Positions 17,100 through 30,790 of a DNA stretch of 64,000 nt are shown one piece after another (positions within the stretch are counted from its first letter, which is position 1; each line of letters begins with the position of its first letter). The DNA lies in the NCBI RefSeq assembly GCF_009914755.1, contig NC_060935.1, one strand, 5' to 3'. The notes under the pieces were generated by a model that searched no databases, was not told the origin of the DNA, and saw only the letters and a list, made by a program, of their open reading frames with translations. Both the position numbers and the translations under genes were made by a program. This DNA is from the human T2T-CHM13v2.0 reference genome, Homo sapiens.

Positions 17100-17340
17100 T
17101 GGGCAGAGGAGTATGGTGGCTGAGAGTGTGGGGTCTGGGGGTAGAAAGACCTGGTCTCTAGTCATAGCTCTATTCCCGTGGCTGTGTGACCCTGAGCGAG
17201 TAACTACATGGGGACTCTCACCTTCTACACCTGCAAAATGGGGGCAATAGCAACACTTACCTTACAAAGCTGTTATCAGGATTGAATGCAATGACAGCAG
17301 TAAAGCGCACAGCACATGGTCTGAAAGCAGTAAGGAGTAC
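17100..17340 (+). mobile_element. MIR
   Basis: gctgtgtgaccctgagcgagtaact..ctgcaaaatgggg..caggattgaatg. Confidence 0.7.
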
Positions 17341-18559
17341 ACACAAAAAAGATCCCCCAAACCAAACACCTAATAGCCTTCACCTAGAATTTTAGAAGAA
17401 TCTTCACCACCCAAGGTGTGATGGGGGTATTCTTAGATTCCACCAGCTGTGGTCCATTTGAAACAGTGAGATGCGTTGGTAAGACCCATTCTGTAGGATT
17501 GAAAGTTGATGATGGGCGTGGATATGTCTGTAAACAGAAACACAGTGCACAAGTGTGCAACTCCCCTCATTGAGCATTGATCATACACCAGGCCAGGACT
17601 CAGATGAGATGGGTGGGGAATGAGAGGGATGATCTCCGGACACCCAGGAGAGTCCAGTTGGCTGGAGGAGGTATTGGGCAACTCAGACGACCCCACATGT
17701 ATGGTATCAACTTGAAAATCAGGACTTTGGAGGGGAGAGAGTGGGCAGAAAGGTGGTGGCTGAGGTACCAGCTCCCCTGCTGCTCCCTGCCCATGCTGCC
17801 TGGCATTGCTGGGGTCTGTTCACTGGGTCTGACCACAACCTCTCTTGTGTCTTCTTCCCTCATCCAAGCAAGAAAGACAGTTTGGTTCCCTTCCCTCCAA
17901 TGTGCTGGGGACCCTGAGTCTGTCCAAATAATAATTTTTAAAAACAATCAGGCTTTATTGTGAGCCAGACCCTAAGTCCTTTACATTGGACTTTAACAGC
18001 TGTGCTGGGAGGAATTCTGCAGATGAGAAAACTGAGACTTAGAGAGGTGAAAGGACTTGCCCCGGGTTCCACAGCCGACAGGTGTAGCCTGTTTGATGCC
18101 GAGGCTCCAGTTCTATTCATGATGCTGAACTGACCAGCACCCCCTGCCTAGCCCAAGGTTCAATTTTGTGACCATGAGGGGTGTCTCCCCACGTCGTTTC
18201 TTACTCCAGTAATGAGAGATGAAGGACCTTGGGATAGGTAGGAGTCCAGCCTACAAGAGCTCCCTCCCCAGCCCAGACTCCACCCTACAGTAGTGACCTC
18301 GTTATTTGCTCTTTCATCCCAGTCTTCTTATGAAACAACAACAGCAACACCAGCAATAACAAGAACAGCTACCACTATCTAGTGCTCACTGTAGGCTGGG
18401 CATCCTACGTGCACCATTTCCCTTGACCCTCATGTTAACCATGAGAGGTGGACATAGTTGAATGCACATATTTTTACAGAGGAGGAAACTAAAGTTGAGA
18501 GGAAAAGCAGAACCAGGATTGGGTTTTCCCCAGAATTTCAGCTCAGTTTCTTTTAACAT

Positions 18560-18750
18560 TGACTGAGCACTTCCTCTCTGTAGGAACTGTGTGTGCTAAG
18601 AATTGTATATCAAAATCCCAGGAAGAGAGGCACTATTGTTACCCCCGTTTCACAGACGAGGCCACTGAGGTTCATAGAGATTTAAGTGACTTGCCCCCAA
18701 AATACATAACTTAAGTGGCAGAGCTGGGTCTTGAACACACCTTTCTGAGA
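18560..18750 (-). mobile_element. MIR
   Basis: cccccgtttcacagacgaggccactgagg..gatttaagtgacttgccc. Confidence 0.65.
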
Positions 18751-19299
18751 TCAGACCTGTGGACAGAATGTCCACAAATGACAGTGACCTTTCTGATGCT
18801 GAGGCTGGGGAGAAGGGCATATCTGGGGCCAGCGCAAAAGCAGCCCAGCAGGGAAGGCAGAGGCAGAGCCTCCTTTCAAAGCAACCCAAAAAATACCCAG
18901 TTGTCTTCACCCAATAGCCCCTGATTAAAAATCGAGCATGTGAGCCTGGCTGCCCAGGAGCTGAGCTGAGATCAGAGACCACTTCCAGCAAGCCTGGGTC
19001 TTTTTAAGTTACTTATCTGTCTGCATTTTTCATCATTTGCCATTGATTTGCAAGGGCTCTTCCTGACAGTCCCTCTGGTGCCTGCCTGGCAGGATGGCTG
19101 GCTCTGGTCTCCCTCATTTCTGGGCACTTTCACGTTCCAGCAAGGCAGCCTGGCCCCAGCTGCCCACGCAGCATCTTCCAAACCTGGACTCTCCATTGCC
19201 AGGACTGTCAGGGCTGAGGGACCTTTGTCCCTCTCTCTTCCTCACCCACATCTCCCCACAACATGAGGGCTGCCAAAGTTCTGGAGCAAGCAGATACCT

Positions 19300-19770
19300 T
19301 AGCACAAATATGACACTCTTGCCCTCCTCTCTCTCACTATGCCCTAATCTATGCTCTGCCCCTCCCTGCCCCAGGAGGTTGACCTCTAAGGATTGCACCC
19401 CCAGGCTCCCTTACTCTCTTGATTGTGGTCGGGCTTAGGTGATGGGAGACACTGGCGGGAAACCAGAGGGAAGAAGGAGAGAGGGGTTGGGGTATTTCCA
19501 CCAAGGTTTTGGCTGCATCTTTCTATAATGGCAGCTGTGTTGCAATGGCCTCTCTCCCACACTCCAGTCCTTGCCGGGTTCCCTAACGCTGTTCCCTCCC
19601 CCAATGCCTTCAAGATTAGGGGTAGTAATGGCTTCCTGCTGTTGTTTGTTCCTGGGTGCCTCGGCATCCCTTGTTAGTTCCCTTAGTTCCATCCATACCT
19701 CTGTTAAATCCTCCTCGAAATCCTAGTTGATGTGACTTCTGTTTCCAGTCAAGATCCTGACTAATCCACA
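19300..19770 (+). mobile_element. LTR33-like (ERVL) LTR
   Basis: ggaggttgacctc..caggctccctt..ggggtagtaatggcttcctgctgttg..cctgggtgcctc..tctgtttcc..cctgactaat. Confidence 0.7.
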
Positions 19771-20617
19771 GGAACTCCTGGTTCCATGAAGTGCAAACAT
19801 GGGCAGGAATAAAAGCTCCCAGGTTGAGGCTGCCAGGGATACGGGAGAGACTCGTGCTTATTTCTGTTTAGAGGACAGAAGTTACATTTCCTCCAGCACA
19901 CACCTTAGGTAGAGTGTCCTCATCTCTCTCTCTATCTCTTGTTGAGGAATAAACAGAGATGCTCTGTTTTATCGTACTCTTTTGACAGATATTTTGTCTA
20001 GAAAGGTTTGAGGCTGGATTTGAACCTCCTGGATGGAAAGGGCAAAGCCCCCTGGTGAGGGAGTGGGCTCACAAAGCCCATATAGCCTTCCACTATTCCT
20101 GGCAAGGGTGTGACTTCAGGCAACTTCACCACATTCCTCACTGAGTACTTCAATTGTCATGCTTTGTCTGTAAGTAACAGAAAGACCAATGAAAACAGCT
20201 TGAATAATGAGAAATTTATTATCTTGCCTAATGAGATACCCAGAATGAGTGGTTCTAGAGTTGGCAAATCCAGCAGCTCAATGGAGGTAAAACTCTCAGT
20301 TGGCGGTAAAACTCTCAGTTGGCTTCTCAACTAGTCTCTTGGCTTTTCCCTCATGGTCACAAGGTGGCTGCCACAGCTCCAGTCATCACAGCAAGACCTA
20401 AAGCAGGAAGGCAAGAATCCCTGATTAGACACTGATCCAGTTGCTATAATAAGACACAAAATAGCAGTGGATTAAGCACTATAGAAATGTATTTTCCTGT
20501 TCTTTTACAGTCCCAGGCTAGTTCAGGTTTAACATGGCAGCCCAGTGGTATTGAGGACTAGGTTTCCATATCTTGTTGCCCTTATTGCAAAGCTGGAGGT
20601 GGCTCATCATGTAAGTA

Positions 20618-20958
20618 CAGTCATGTGTTGCATAGCAATGGGAACATGTTCTAAGAAATGCGTCATTAGATGATTTCATTGTTGTCTGAACATCATAGAG
20701 TGTACTTACACAAACCTAGATGGTACGGCCTGCTACACACCTAGGCTAGATGGTATAGCCTATTGCACCTAGGCTATAAACCTGTACAGCATGTCCCTGT
20801 TCTGCATACTGCAGGCAATTGTAACACAGTATTTGTGTATCCAAACACATATAGACATAGAAAAGGTATAGTAAAAATACAGTACTGTAATTTCATAGGA
20901 CCATTGTCTTCCATGAGGTCTGTTATTGACCGAAACATCTTTATGTGGCACATGACTG
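20618..20958 (+). mobile_element. Tigger3a/MER7-like DNA transposon, inserted in an old MLT1 fragment
   Basis: TIRs cagtcatgtg...cacatgactg flanked by TA; internal tacttacacaaacctagatggta. Confidence 0.9.
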
Positions 20959-21160
20959 TACTCTATTCACCAGGGAGGAGGAGGAAAGGGAGGGGAGAAC
21001 ATGCCCCTCCTTTTGTGGGTACACACGGTAGTTGCACACATGGCTTCTACTCATATTGTTGGTTAGAACATGGCTGCATGGCCACATCTAGTTACAAGGG
21101 AGCCTGGAAAATGCAGTTTTTGGCTGGGCAGCCACATGCCCATCTAAAAACTATTCCTAA

Positions 21161-21556
<396 letters not shown>

Positions 21557-22728
21557 TCACAGGCCCTATCTCATGTCCCCTTTGAATAACAAGGAAAACC
21601 TTCCCAGGAACCCCCAACTACCACCCCACCACCAGGCTCCCTCGTACATCTCATTGGCTAAGTAAGGTTCATGCCATGCCAGTTCTGAACCTGCAAGGAA
21701 ACCTGGCTGGCTGAGATGCAGGTTCTGCCAGGAAAAACAGAAAGGCAAGAATGCCTGCTGAGTGGTCGGCTAAAATTGTACTGAGTGACACAGCTACAAC
21801 CTGGGAAGCAGCTTGGTTCTTCTATTCCTACACCCCACCCCCTCCTTTTCTTTGGTGGCAAGCAACAGAAATTGGATTTGCTTAGCTAGGCCAGCACAAG
21901 AAAGAAGCGAACAGCTGGTGAGAAGGATTGGGATGCTGCTGGATCTCAGGGGCCAGAAGCAGGACATCACATGCCTCAGGAGTCTCTACTCTTTCTGTGG
22001 GCTGTCCTCATACCCTCTCCTTACAGACTGAGTCCTCCACAGGTGGGGGACATGGCCAGTGAACCCTCCAGAGCCCCGTCTAGCAGCCCCATCACTAGGC
22101 GGGAAGACTCCTCCATTCCAGTCAACCTGTGGAAGAATTCTGAAGAGGCCAGTAAACTGTGATTTAGGGAGTGGGATCATATGAGAGCAGGACAACCCTC
22201 CTAAAAGCATGAGATCGACTTGGGAGAAGGTAGGAGCCCAGAAAAACTGGTCCGGCTGGAGCCTAGGCAGATGAAGTAATAGGTGAGCATTTCCATTCTT
22301 TACTAAGACTGGAAAGCGACGGTGGTGGTGGTGAGGTAGGGATGGCAAGACCCTAGGAAGCTGCTTAAACTGCAGGAGGAAGTATCCCTAATTAAACTTC
22401 ACATGGTGCATCGTTCTGACGTGTTTTCTGATTCTGGTACAAATATGCTGAAGATTGCTGTGCACTGGTTTTCAAATTGTGCTCCAAGGAACCCCTGGAG
22501 TCTGGAGATGTGGGGGTGGCCCCCCTGGAGTCAGTGGCAGCATGATTTTTGCCTGTTTTATTGACACTTTAGTTTATGTTTCTATAAAATGGCAATAATC
22601 ATGGCTATTCGTAAGATTATTTTTAGTCATAAATTAGATTATCCATGAGAAGGGCCTGGCACATAGGACATGCTCAAACATTGTTGGCTAGGGTTATTAT
22701 TTATTACTTTGTATAAGAAATTAGTTGA

Positions 22729-23018
22729 GGCCGGGTGCAGTGGGTCACACCTGTATTCCCAGCACTTTGGGAGGCCGAGGCGGGAGGATCACCTGAGGTC
22801 AGGAGTTCAACCAGCCTGGCCAATATGGTGAAACCCTGTATCTACTAAAAATACAAAAAAATTAGCTGGTTGTGGTGGCGCGCACCTACTCGGGAGGCTG
22901 AGGCATGAGAATTGCTTGAAGCTGGGAGGCAGAGGTTGTAGTGAGCTGAGATGGTGCAACTGCACTTCAGCCTGGGTGACAGAGCAAGACTCTGCCTCAA
23001 AAACAAAAAACAAACAAA
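22729..23018 (+). mobile_element. Alu (AluS-like)
   Basis: TSD aagaaatta(g/t)ttga at 22715-22728 and 23019-23032. Confidence 0.96.
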
Positions 23019-23942
23019 AAGAAATTATTTGAAATAAGCATTCTGTGGGTTAAAGCAGTTTGAACTGACTGGTTGATCCAAACAAAGGGTCTAGGAGTCT
23101 GGAGACCCAGTACCACTCGGCAACTAGGGGATGGACCCTGGGCAAGTCCTGGGCTCCTCCTGCAGACGGGACCCTCCCACCCCAGTGCTCTTATATCACC
23201 TGAAAAATAGGCCCCTTCCACCCCCAGCCCTAAAGACACAGCCCCATGTCAGAGCGCGTGGCTGGGCAGGATTGCAACCTGACCCTTGAGTTGGGTGCCC
23301 TTCTGCAATGCAGGCCCCGCCTAGCTTTCTGGTCTCAGTCTCCCCTTTGTTTAGGTGCGGGTCACACAGCACCCCGTCTGTCCATCAGCGTGGTTGTGAC
23401 TGTGGATGTGGGTGACTCTGTCAGGATTCTGCCCCTGCTGTGCCTGTTTTGCCAGGGAGCAGGACTGTTGCTGTGGTGAGGTGACCAGCTGGGAGTCACG
23501 GGTGATGGCAACGCAGGACTGGCAGGGTGGGAAGGGGGAAGCAGGAGCCCCCGGGAAGATGAGCTGGATAGCTCTTGCCTGGCCCCAGGGAGAGGCCTGG
23601 GGTGGGGGGTGTCCGTCTGCCATCTTCCCCGACCCGGCCTCACCCCAGGGGCTGACAGATACCCCACTGATTGACTGGGCCCCTGAGAGGCCCTCCTGCC
23701 ACGTCCTTAGACAAGGCCTTTGACCTCCTGCTCTGTACAGGCAGCCAAAAGGGGCACAGGGAAGGTGGGGAGGTGACAGTCCTCCACCTCCACCAGCCCT
23801 GGGGCAGCCTCTTGTCCACCCCTTCTGAGACGTCATGGAGGGCCCCTGCTTCCACTATTCATGAGCCACAGCCTTAGAAGCCTGACACTGCAGACTGGGT
23901 GCTTTCCACCTCTCTCTGACTAGTCCTTTCGACAGCCTGGTG

Positions 23943-24402
<460 letters not shown>

Positions 24403-27294
24403 GTCACATAGCCATTGAGATTAAAGGGGTGGGCTATGGATCCTTTCTGACCTGGGTTAGATGCTTTGTGGCACTGGGCCAATGACTTACCCTCTCTGGT
24501 TGTATCTGAGACAAAATGGGGACAACATAATCACCACCTCAGAGAGACCTTGCAAAGCCTGAGACCAGGCAGGAGCAGCCCTTACAACTGTGCCTGATAA
24601 GGATCAGCAGATGGCAGTGACCACTGGTCTTTTTATGATTATTAATGTCATAGCTAACCCCTGCCTGCACAAGGACACTGCGTGGCTTAAGTGAAGAAGG
24701 CAGGACTCACAGGGCATATGTTCCAGCATCTAGTCCCACATTTTATCTGCTTCCAGGGCCCCAGGATGAGAGCTTAGCCCTGTCCACCCTGAGGGCCTGT
24801 TAATGCCATTAGTTCTGCCGGCCTCAATCCCCTCCCACCTCACTCAACACCTCCCTCTCCAGAGCTCCATCAGGCCGCCCGTCTGCTTCTCCCATCAGGG
24901 CTGCCGCACGTGCTGCCCTCTTTGGGGTGGGGGTAGTCAATCCCACTTCAGGTGATGAGTGGGGAGCTGCAGCAGGCCCTGGGCTGGGGGCTAGGGAAGG
25001 GGCCCCGAGTTGGGAGCTGGGGAGGGCAGGGAGTGCATGGGGGGTAGGGGCTCTGCCTGGATGCCCCTGTTCAGGGTCTGCCCTTGGTTCTGAGCCAGTG
25101 CCAAGTCTCAAGCTCTCACCTGGACTGGGCAGACGTTGGGATGGGGTTGCCTGAGTGGAGACTGAGGTGGGGGGATATAAAAGAGTTAAAATCTTTTCCC
25201 CCACAACCTACCAGCCTCCTCCCCTGCTTCCCCCAGCCTGAGGGTGTGAGATCCCAAGATGCAGAAACCAGGTGTCTGCACCAGCTCCACAGCATGTGCT
25301 GGGCCTGCAAAAGAAGTTGCCTCACAGTCCTCCAACCTGAGAGGGCTTCCCACAGGGGAAGGCTGAGAGGCGGGCAGATCTGAGTTCAATTCCCGGCCCT
25401 ACTGCAGCATGTTCTGCTGCACTAGGCCTTGACTTCCTTGTCTATAAATTGGGCATCACAAAAGGCCCACAGGACTCCTGTCAGGATGTCAGGATGTGTG
25501 ACGATGCTGAGTGGTGCACACGGTGCGTGCTTCACTCACGTGGGGCCGCCTTTGCATACCTGCGCCGCACAAACCACGTTAATGGAAAACGAAACCAAAT
25601 CACAATCCCCCACCAGCTGGGCTTCTCTGTAAATTAACTGTCCTCGTTCTCCCTGACCCCCCAGTCCTTGTCCCCACTGGGATATAATGCTTACAGTGTT
25701 GCAGTGTGACCTAGGGCCAGGGCTGCTGTCTAGATGTGTTTCCTACTTACCCTCATATCACAATGTTTTCTCTGCACTGCAGGCTTCATTCGTTGTTTTT
25801 GATCCAGTACGAAACTTCTGAATGCCCCAATGCATGAGGCCCTAGGTTACCCTCTTGAACATCCACTCACAGCTTTTCTTTTCCAAGAGCTCCAACAAGT
25901 TCCAGAGGTGTTTTTTGTTTGTTTTCTCTCCCTTTGTCTCTGAATTCTATTAATCATGATCCCTTATTCACGCCATCCTCTTGCCATAGGTTCATAAACG
26001 GTTCTCCTCTGTTTATTTATATAAATAAACACCCAAGACCTGGTCATCCAGCACAAGAATCAGAACATTAACCAGCACTTGCATCTGTCTGTGGGCTTCT
26101 TCCCTGTCTGACCATCAGCCTCCCCTACCCAAGGAAGCCACTATCCTGAAGCTTTCTGTAGGTCACATGATCATCCCTAAACAAATCACTGTGGCCTGGG
26201 GGACAGAACAGGCTGATTGGCCAGGTCTGGATCAGGTGATCATACTTGGAGTCAGGGCCTGGGGTAGAATTAGCCCCATGCAATGCACGTGGGTGGAGGG
26301 GAGTGAGGGTTGGGTGGTTTCCCAAAGGCAATCTGAAGGGCCAGGGAAAACAAGAGCCATCAACCGCACTTTGTCCCAGGCTCAGTGTCACTTGAACCAA
26401 GTCTTCCCACAGCACCACAGGGCTCAGGCTTGCCCTGCTGACCCCCAAGGCCTGGACCTGAAGCTCCTGGAAGAACAAGAGTTGATGAGAAAGGACATTC
26501 TCACTTCCTCCCACGGTCTGGAGCCACAGGCTGGAATCTCCAGCCCCACCTCAGCTGAAGGAGTGGGGAAAGGAGGCTGTCTCTGGGGGACTCGTAGAGG
26601 GCAGGGCAGCAGGCTGGGGTGGACAGGGTCCTGCTGTTTGACTCCTCCTGCTCCTCCTCCTCATTATTATCATGTCCTCAGGGCATGACCCAGGTCATCT
26701 CATTTAGTCTTCCCATGGTTTTATGTGGAGGGTCATTATTATCCCCCTCTCACAGCTGAAGCTTCCAAGGCTGGCTAGTGAGAGACTGGCATGTGTTTAC
26801 CCAGCAAAGCGGGGTCAAGCAGAGCCGTAGAGTCCTAGAGCCAGGTGGCCCTGTGGGACTGGCTTAACCCTTACGTTGGGGAACCCAGAGCCCAGACAGG
26901 TTAGATTCCCTGTCCCAGGGCCTACAGTGAGTGATGGCTCATAGCCTGACTCCTAATTCAGGGCCTGCTCCATGAAGCCAGATGAACCCAGGTGTGAGAC
27001 CCGGCTTCTCCCCTTCTGATTACTTAAAGTCTGTGTCCCTCGGTGACCTCGTCCGCAAAAGAGGATGGCAATGGGCCCCACGTGGGAGCTTACCGTGAGG
27101 TTAATCACGTTCTCACCTGCAAGGTGCTCAGCATAGTGACTGGCACATGGCGAAGGCTCACGAGTGAGGGCCCTTTTCAAGATCATCATTTAGCCCCATG
27201 TTTCTCCACCTGCAACACGGGAAGAAGAGAGGCTCAAGTCATCTAAGGGGTGCGGCCATGCTTCAGAAAAATGTAATATTGAAATAGTCCCAGA

Positions 27295-27560
27295 GAGGTA
27301 GTACAATGTGGTGATTAAGAACGCAGACCCTGGGACCGGCCGAGGTTCCAGTCCCCACTCTGCCATGTATAAGCTGAGCTTTCTTGAGCAAATTCCTTAA
27401 CTTTTCCATGTCTCAGTTTCCTCATCTACATAATGGGGTTAATAACAGTTGCTGTCTCCTGGAGTTGTTGTGAAGATTAAACAAGTTAGCCTCTGAGTGA
27501 AGTGCTCTGAACAACACCAGGATATGGCTAAGGACTTTGTAAGTATTCACTGTTACCAAA
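27295..27560 (+). mobile_element. MIR (near full length)
   Basis: gtggtgattaagaacgcagaccctgg..tctcagtttcctcatct..gttgttgtgaagattaa. Confidence 0.8.
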
Positions 27561-27767
27561 AATGCTGGTTATTAGCTGTCACTTTGGACAACCAATCATA
27601 GTTATAGAAATAAAATAGAATGTAAATGTTGTTAATCTTCCCAATATGAAATAAAATCACATAGTCAACAAACATTCGGGACTGATTGTTAATTTCCTCA
27701 CCTTTTATGGAGAGTCACTAGTAGACAGTGCCTAGAGTGGATAAATGAAGAAACAGAAATGTATTTT

Positions 27768-28078
<311 letters not shown>

Positions 28079-28128
28079 AGAAATGTATTTTCTATGATTT
28101 AGTGTGAAAAAAAAAAAAAAAACACACA

Positions 28129-28270
28129 AGCTGGGCACAGTGATGCGTGCCTGAGGTCCCAGCTACCTGGGAGGCTGAGGTGGGAGGAGGACTGCTTGAG
28201 CCCAGGAATTCAAGTCCAGCCTGGACAACATGGCAAGACCCTGTCACTTAAAAATTTTTTTTAAATAAAT
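28129..28270 (+). mobile_element. FLAM (free Alu monomer)
   Basis: Single ~130-nt Alu monomer ending gcaagaccctgtc plus A/T-rich tail. Confidence 0.85.
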
Positions 28271-29399
28271 AACAATGAAAAACAAACTTGGAGTGTTTAG
28301 GAGAACAGAGAAACTTACTTTTTATTATTTTTTAACCATATGCATAGGTTCGTTCCATGAGAAAAGTTTTTAACAAATTGAAAACAAATAAATGACGGTA
28401 AGTCATTTATAAATCAGTAACAGTTCAAAGAAAGCACTTGCTCTCTATGTTAGTAAGAAACAGGAGATGGAACAGAGAAGTCCACACGCCTACTCCAATT
28501 AGAGTTCTTTGGGCAGCAAGCATGTATTACTTATAACGAGAAAATATGTAAATGAAATAAACTTGAAGCAAATGTGATGATTTTGATTCCCAGCAGGCAG
28601 GAATATGACACCTAGAATCACACTGTCCCTTCCTCTCACTCCTGACCAGGCCTGGGCGGGAATTCCACTCCTATTATCGAATGTTGCAAAAATCCCAGAG
28701 CCGCCTGGATCTAATCCTGGCTGGGCCTTCATATCCAGGTGGGCCTCCAAAGCAGGGATGAAGTTGCCCTGAGCAGCTTCCCAACCCAGCAAGAAGCCAA
28801 CTGGCTGCTGGAGCCAAGAAAGGCTTGTGCTTAGCTCGCTTCATAGAAGGTCCTAGAACCGGGAGCAGATAGTTCCAGGCAGTCCCAAGCATTAGCTCAC
28901 CTGTGAGTGGTAATAAAAGGGGCATTAGAGAGCTTCTTTCACCAACCTGTATCCATTCATTCACTCACCCATCAAATGTGTGTTAAGTCCCTAGCAATAG
29001 TGTCTAAATTCTCACCACTTCATAAATACTCTGCAACCCTGCTTCCAGATCCTCACATGCCTGACACCTTCTTTCTATGTGGATGGTGCATAACATTCCC
29101 ATTAATATTCTGAAATAAACCCCATGGATGTTGTAACCTACCTACAGGCACGATTTTTAAAAATAACCATATACAATGTCCTATCTGTAACATAAATAGG
29201 AAATATAAAGAATGTCCCGTAAAATAAAAACTGTACTTGAACAAGTAAGCACTCAGGCCCAGCTGCTCTGGAAGACATAGGAAGCAGTCAGGGGCTTGCA
29301 GCCTGCGCAGGACCACCATCAAGGGGACAGCTACAGATGTACAGGAACGTGGGGCACTGAGCCGAGAAGCCAACGTTCTAATCATGTCACTGTCAGATG

Positions 29400-30095
29400 C
29401 ACGTTTCCAAAATTGTGAGCAGTTCTTGGCATGTTCTGAATAAAACTAAATATAGAGTTCTCTTCTCTTGTTTTTGTCTTTAGTTGCATCCTTGAAAATT
29501 CAGTATATATTCAAAGTGTGGAAAAATGCTTTATATTTACATGTAAAGCAGAGCTAAAGTCTAGACTCACATAATGATAAACATATTTTCTTCCCTACAT
29601 GAATGTCCAGCAGGGCGTGTGAAAGTCACGTGGCTTGTGGGGACAGTTCCTCACTGGGCTGCATGATCCCACTTTTTTTTTTTTTTTGAGACAGTCTCAC
29701 TCACCCAGACTGGGGTGCAGTGGTGCGATCTCAGCTCACTGCAACCTCCGCCTCCTGGGTTCAAGCGATGATCTGCCTCCTGGGTTCAAGCGATTCTCTG
29801 CCTCCTGAGTAGCTGGGACTACAGGTGCGTGCCAACATGCCAGGCTAATTTTTGTGTTTTTCGTAGAGACGGGGGTTTCACCATGTTGGCCAGGCTGGTC
29901 TCAAACTCCTGACCTCAGGTGATCCACCCACCTCGGCCTCCCAAAGACCATCTCCCTCTTAACTAATCACCTGCCTTCCCAGACCCACCACCTGCTCAGT
30001 TTAGTGGTACTCCCCACCTGACCTTATCTTTGTGACAATCGAAAATGCCCCCCATTCATTTCCAAATCATCCCTGGGGGCAGTGCCACTCAACTG
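29400..30095 (+). mobile_element. hAT-Charlie-type DNA transposon (MER20/MER113-like) interrupted by an Alu
   Basis: Right end ttgtgacaatcgaaaatg..tttccaaat..ccctgggggca resembles the MER20-group terminus; left boundary uncertain. Confidence 0.5.
29673..29946 (-). mobile_element. Alu (AluS-like, 5' truncated, internal duplication)
   Basis: Antisense Alu ending at cctcccaaag. Confidence 0.94.
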
Positions 30096-30419
30096 AATGT
30101 GTCGTTTAATCATCTCAACAATCTGATATAAGAGGTACTAACATTATCCCCTTTTTACAGATGAGGTGAAATGGCTGAGCCAGGACCCTCACCGGAAGTT
30201 GTCTTAAGTCCACGCAGTCTGCTATACTTCCTTCCCGCGTGTCCATTGGGCCTGCAGTGGCACTGGGGACCCAAATATGAGAAAGGCATCCCAGCTGGGG
30301 GTTGCCAATGCATAGACCCCCCTGTCTATACAGCATGGCGTAGATTCAGACAGAGGAACATATGGCATGCTGGGATATGCAGCAGAGGAGTGAGCAGAGA
30401 GCAAGAGCACCACAGCTAA

Positions 30420-30790
30420 GCCTGGGGTAGAGATGGTGGAGGAGCGAGGGAATGGCATTCCAGGCGGGGGAACTGCATGAGCAAAGGCATGGAGGACAAG
30501 GCAGCATGAAAGGTTCAGGGTCTGTGAGAGGCAGGGGGTGGTGGTGGGGACATAGGTCTGGACAAGCAGGCTGTGCTGTGATTGTGAAACCAGAGAGGCA
30601 CGGTCAAGCAGTGTGGTTGGGCTGGGTAGGCAATGGGGAGCCATGGGAGGTTTTTGAGCGGAGTAGTTCCATGAAGGTGTTGGTTTTAGAACAATCCCTG
30701 GGAGCAGGGAGGAGAGTGAACTGGGAGGGTGAGGCAAGGGTGTGCCTCCAGTGAGCGTGCGTCTCCACAATCCAGGCCAGGGATGTGGGT
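30420..30790 (-). mobile_element. L2 fragment
   Basis: ggcattccaggcggggg aactgcatgagcaaaggcatggagg..ggggagccatgggaggtttttgag. Confidence 0.65.

Noticed and set aside
22027-22288. Possible exon after ccctctccttacag with donors at 22230 or 22283
   Set aside because: Ambiguous competing donors in decayed LTR-like sequence, with no supporting partner exon.
28348-28403. Possible 50-nt exon ending ACG|GTAAGT
   Set aside because: The acceptor is weak and lies in AT-rich old repeat-like sequence; such pseudo-exons are frequent.
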